A DNA stretch of 63,654 nt, counting the filler, from Folioceros fuciformis (taxonomy: Eukaryota), in assembly GCA_049999805.1 (NCBI GenBank). It is 14 parts of 14 records of this genome, joined end to end, with 100 filler letters (N's around TTAATTAATTAA, not from the genome) between each part and the next. Parts side by side here need not be neighbours in the genome. Positions count along the whole stretch, not along the records: positions 59,091 to 60,941 come from JBNGIO010003725.1; positions 61,042 to 63,654 come from JBNGIO010003727.1; 12 more parts are not named here. One strand, written 5' to 3'. A program made the translations under genes and the position numbers. The notes beneath the pieces were generated by a model, which was not told the DNA's origin, ran no database searches, and worked only from the letters and a program-made list of their open reading frames with translations. Numbering within the stretch: the first letter of the stretch is position 1; each line of letters begins with the position of its first letter. This document shows, piece after piece, positions 59,091 to 63,654 of the stretch.

Positions 59091-60941
59091 TCCCTCGGCA
59101 TCCCCTTCAGGGCCTGGAACACCTCATCAGCAGTTATCAGCTTATCCAGAGCCCTGCTCTGGTCCTTGCACACTTTAGCCGAAAGTGCGCCATATGAAGA
59201 AGACCAAAGCCGTTCCCATCCTGCCACCTTCCCAACACTGGAGAAATGCCAACAAAGAACAGGGTAATAAGAGTTTTAAACCTCCGAGCGATTCTTGCAC
59301 CACGCCTTGCACGTCTGGGAGGGCAGGGATTCGCGTCCTATGTCGGTTAGAGGCCACCTTATCAAAGAAGAATTTAGAAGGGTTGTCCCCCTCCCTCACC
59401 CACTTAACTTTGGCCCGCTTAAACTAACCTCTAGCCCTATCTTCTTCCAACTTTGCCAAGGTGTAGTGCACCTCCGTTTTCCGGGCCTCTTCCGCACTTG
59501 TGAAGTCCCGGCCCTCGCAGCTCCTTTGNNNNNNNNNNNNNNNNNNNNNNNNNNNNNNNNNNNNNNNNNNNNNNNNNNNNNNNNNNNNNNNNNNNNNNNN
59601 NNNNNNNNNNNNNNNNNNNNNNNNNNNNCGGGCCTCTTCCGCACTTGTGAAGTCCCGGCCCTCGCAGCTCCTTTGTAACCACCACAGGTCCTCCCTCAAA
59701 AAACTTTCTTGCTGGCGTTGTTCTCTTGCACGCTGAAGTTCACCCCTCGCCTCCTCAAATACCTAGTCACCTCATTGTTAGCACACATCAACTTGACCGC
59801 CGCATGTTCTTCCCCCTGTTCAACTCCTTGCCAGATGTTTTTGATATCTTCAAAGACACCTTTTTCCTTAGTAAGGAAGTGTTCATCCGAAAATTTTGCA
59901 TATGCCTCCTTGTGCGCCCAAACTTAGGAGCAAGTCTCAAGTGCAAGCTAATGGGGTGGTGGTTGGAAAGGATCGTACCAGCGAGAATACTATATGACTG
60001 TATGAAAGTCAACCACCGTGAAGGTAAATAGAACCTGTCCAACCTGCGCGCTCCCAGATTCTATTGTTGTTGGTTGGATAAGCTGAATATCAAGGATTGT
60101 GGTTGACGATGTGCTGGGAGGGCCACCCAAGGATCCTGCATAGCCAAGATCGTGTCTCTCAGCTCCTGCCAAGACATAGGCACCACCCGGATATCAACTG
60201 AGCTATCCCCTCGAATGTCCTCACGGCGTTCAACAAAGTTGAAGTCACTAGCCAGCATCCATGGGATCCTTTCATCAAGCTGATCACCCAGCCTACACCA
60301 AAGGCTACTCCTATCAATGGCAGCATTAGGCGCGTACATATTGCAGATTCCAATTGGACCTTGAGGAGTTTGCAGTACCAGCCACACAAACCTCTCATCC
60401 TCATCTTGCCCCGATTCCAGGATGTTTTGAGTTTGTTTTGGGTGAACTGTAATGGACACACCTCCACGGGTCACTAAGCCTTGTTGAGAAGAGATTTCTC
60501 CACCTCTTATATCCTTTGCTCTAGCTGCTGCCCATTCTGTTCTACCAGGAAGAAAGATCTTCTTCACTTTCCGAATGTGCTCCAGAGATAGTTTATGTTC
60601 TTGTAAGCACACAATGTCCCATGTGACTTCCTCTTCTAGTAGATTCTTCAGTCTTGTACACTTCGACGCCGTCTTCGACCATCCCCCAAAACCCCTAACA
60701 TTCCAGGAAATGATCTGCAGGTGAGACCCCCTCTTGTAGTTCTTCAGAGTGTCAATACCCATTTAGTGGGACTTGCTTGAGAGATTCGGGATAGCAAAAG
60801 GCTTGGGCATCCTAGCCCCAGACACGGGCCTGGGCTGTGCCAGATGGTCCTTACCTTTGAGCTCAAGGGACAATCTTTGAAGCCTTTCAGACTTGCGAAT
60901 AGCAGGAGCAGACCTTAGATGGCTAGTCGGGGAAGGGTCAC
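59091..60941 (-). mobile_element. L1-like LINE fragment: ORF2 AP-endonuclease and downstream linker
   Basis: IISWNVRG, DIVCLQEHK, NMYAP, SDFN, LDRFYL, SNHHPI (SDH motif), later REGDNPSKFFF. Interrupted by a stop at 60061 and by frameshifts. Confidence 0.9.
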
Positions 60942-61021
60942 NNNNNNNNNNNNNNNNNNNNNNNNNNNNNNNNNNNNNNNNNNNNTTAATTAATTAANNN
61001 NNNNNNNNNNNNNNNNNNNNN

Positions 61022-63654
61022 NNNNNNNNNNNNNNNNNNNNACAGAACCCTCCACTCGTCAAAACCCTAAACCTAACTCTGACCTAATCGTAACTCTAAC
61101 TTGTGGCCCTGGTTGCTCTTATCAAAATTAATCAACCTCTCAAAACTACCGAAACTCACAAGTGCCTCTCGACACTCTCTTCCCCCCTCCGATCCCCTCC
61201 TTTCCCTTAGATCATTTGCAATCCTTTAGAGACCCCAGTGTCTTCAGATCCTTCCCTCCATTCCGCTGGCCAAGGCCCATGACCCGGCAGATCTACTCAT
61301 CTAGTGCCTTGCAGCCCGTATCAAACATCTAACAGCCCGTATCAAACATTTAACAGCCCGTATCAAACAGCTAACCATCAGCCAGGGCCCGGGCACCTTC
61401 CCTTGCATCTGCAGTTAGCCGGATCCGCCCGAGAGCACAGCCCAAATCCTGCTGCCTCTGTTGCTTAGGACCTTGTAGCCAGGCCACTGCCTGGCTCCCG
61501 AATCCAGCCCCTAGCCGTCTCACGAGGGCCACACCTTGCTCCCCGCTTGGTAGGCCTGGCCACGATCCAGCCAGCTGCTGCTAGGCCAGCCACCTGCCGG
61601 GATCCCCCCCCCCGGCCAGGTTTTGTAGTTTCCTCACTAACTTAGCAGTGAGGTTGAAATGTGTCGCCACAACTTCATTCCGTCCCCAGTGATGTTACCT
61701 TGTGAGTTGCTGTGACGCCATCTTGCATTGCATGAAGAGCCGGCGTTGTTTGCGATCTTGCTTCACAGCTAGCACCAGGCAATTAGAGTGCTTCATACAA
61801 TACTTGGGAGTATCTTCTTTCCCCGGGATCCTCCATAATAGTCCTCGTTTGCGCTGTCCTAGGATTTTTGCAGAGGCTTCCAACTTCTTGGTCACCGACA
61901 TTAGGTAGGGCCTTGATCACCTTCAACAACTATGATCTCCACTCTTGCCTCAAGATTTTGAGGGTCACACAACTCCTTGACAGACAGAGCAAGCTGATAC
62001 CCTTCGAGTCGGAGGAGCCTGTGAGTCTTGTCCACAACCTTGGCCCCGCCCTTAAGCAGGCATGTTGCACTATGAACGGAGGAAGAACGGGTAGGGATAG
62101 AGGGGTGCACATGCAGCAAGGTGATATTGAGCATGGCCCACCGTAATGCAGCCCTTGCAGGCTTCACATCATCCACCACCATCCTCCTCGCCTCCTGCCC
62201 ATTCGCCTGAGGCTGCCAACACCCGCTTTTATCCCATTCCATACACCCCACTCTCCTACCTCGGCCTCCCCATCCACCTTCAATTCCCCTGGCCAGTTGG
62301 TCACCCCAAGCGGCCCCAGCTCAACCAGCCGCAGCCAGCCTGCCATGTGCCACAAGCCGGCCTCCTGCACCAAGACCTCGGCCACAACTCAGCTAGCCCA
62401 CCTACTGACTGAATTCTCCTGCAGCCAGTCTACCTGCCAACCAGCCCGGGCGCGCCCGATACTGACTGAATTCTCCTGCAGCCAGTCTACCTGCCAACCA
62501 GCCCGGGCGCCCGATACTGACTGAATTCTCCTGCAGCCAGTCTACCTGCCAACCAGCCCGGGCGCGCCCGATACTGACTGAATTCTCCTGCAGCCAGTCT
62601 ACCTGCCAACNNNNNNNNNNNNNNNNNNNNNNNNNNNNNNNNNNNNNNNNNNNNNNNNNNNNNNNNNNNNNNNNNNNNNNNNNNNNNNNNNNNNNNNNNN
62701 NNNNNNNNNNGTCTGGCCCAGCTGCAACCAGCTCGCCCAGAGGCCGCACACCGGCCTTCCGTCCTCACAAATCTGGCCAGGCGACTAGCCCCCCCAAAAT
62801 CCCATTGAGCCAACCGCCAGCCGCCAAGCAGGTACCTGCTCTGGCAGCGCCCCTTGCTCCTCGCCCTGCCGCGAGGATCTCCTCCAGCCAGCCGCCAGCC
62901 GTCAGGCGGCAGCCTGGCTGCCTGGCGATCCGACCATCTACCAGGCCACCTGCCAACCTCCTGATCCGGCCTCGGCTAGCTAGCCAGATCTACCACCGCC
63001 TGCCTAGATCCGGTCCGCCCGCTAGACCCAGCCCGCAGGCTGCCTCTTCCAGCTGCCTGCTCTGCTGGGTCGCCCGGCTGCTGCTCAGCAACCGGTCTCT
63101 ACTGGCTAGCCCCTGCCAGGCCGCCTGCAAGGCCTGGTGGCTCCTCAGCAGCTGGCCGCTGCTGGGCCAACCACCTGCCTGGCTCCGTCTCGACCAGCAG
63201 ACCACAGCGCCCCGCGGCTCAGCCACTTGCGCGGCCGCTATGGCCCGGCCTGGCTGACCTCTCCGCAGCAGCCGCTGATCCGGCTCCTGCTGCCTGGTCG
63301 GGTCTGCCCGCCTGGATCTGGACCCAGTGCTCCCCTGTCCCTGCTGCCGCTACGAGGTCGCCTGCTTTTAGTGGCTGGCTGGCTGGATCCGCCAGCCCTT
63401 CCTTTCCCCAGCCATCTTCATTGCTGCCCTGGCCTGCCATGCCCGGGGTGTCCTGCCAGCCAGGATCTGGCCCGCCCTGGTTCTGAGCCTGGCGTCCCCG
63501 GCTGTTTCTAGACGCAACCAGCCGGTCAGGCCAACTGGTCACGCAGCTGCCGCCTGGCTTCTCCGCCGTCAGCCCACCACTGACCGACCACCTCCAGCCG
63601 CTTGCCGGCAGCCCGCAAGCCTAGCTGCCTAGCACCCATGACCAGCCAGCCAGC
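61022..63654 (-). mobile_element. LTR-retroelement family A copy (PPT + LTR start at 61174, GC-rich internal region)
   Basis: 61022-61320 is near-identical to ~21298-21585; 62800-63200 resembles 21600-21720 and 23740-23860. Confidence 0.7.
62403..62610. repeat. ~57-bp tandem repeat, ~3.6 copies (runs into gap)
   Basis: Unit tactgactgaattctcctgcagccagtctacctgccaaccagcccgggcgcgcccga; one copy lacks 2 nt. Confidence 0.95.

Noticed and set aside
11683-60997. Recurrent palindromic TTAATTAATTAA as a biological motif, and gene clusters across it
   Set aside because: Always centred in fixed-length N runs and gives stops in all six frames, so it is an assembly linker. Neighbourhood arguments across it (e.g. 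the two PPR genes as a tandem pair) are invalid.
61640-62250. Coding-like insert inside the family A copy
   Set aside because: Short broken frames with no motif I can name; not supportable without a search.

Overview
Eukaryotic plant nuclear DNA, most likely a hornwort (inferred from a PPR protein with a KP-type DYW domain ending in GRP, plus short introns and dense genes). The window is not one locus: 13 artificial N-TTAATTAATTAA-N linkers join 14 separate sequence pieces, so adjacency across a linker has no biological meaning. Host genes: isovaleryl-CoA dehydrogenase, followed 201 nt later by an intronless multi-zinc-finger ORF; an AP2-B3 RAV transcription factor; a subtilase; chloroplast insertase ALB3; a complete PLS-PPR-DYW:KP(GRP) editing-factor candidate and a paralogous PPR fragment; and the 3' end of a PUL-domain PLAA/DOA1 gene. 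The rest is mostly retroelement: four recognisable Ty1/copia pieces, an L1-like LINE fragment, two CRE-like non-LTR fragments, and a multi-copy LTR family with telomere-like tracts. Two signals stand out. First, a decayed single reading frame at 25562-26505, absent from the ORF track, fuses a retroviral-type aspartic protease to a C5-cytosine DNA methyltransferase. Second, the putative U-to-C editing PPR protein carries an N-terminal OSB-type 'PDF' ssDNA-binding-like motif. All calls are by eye; no database searches were run.
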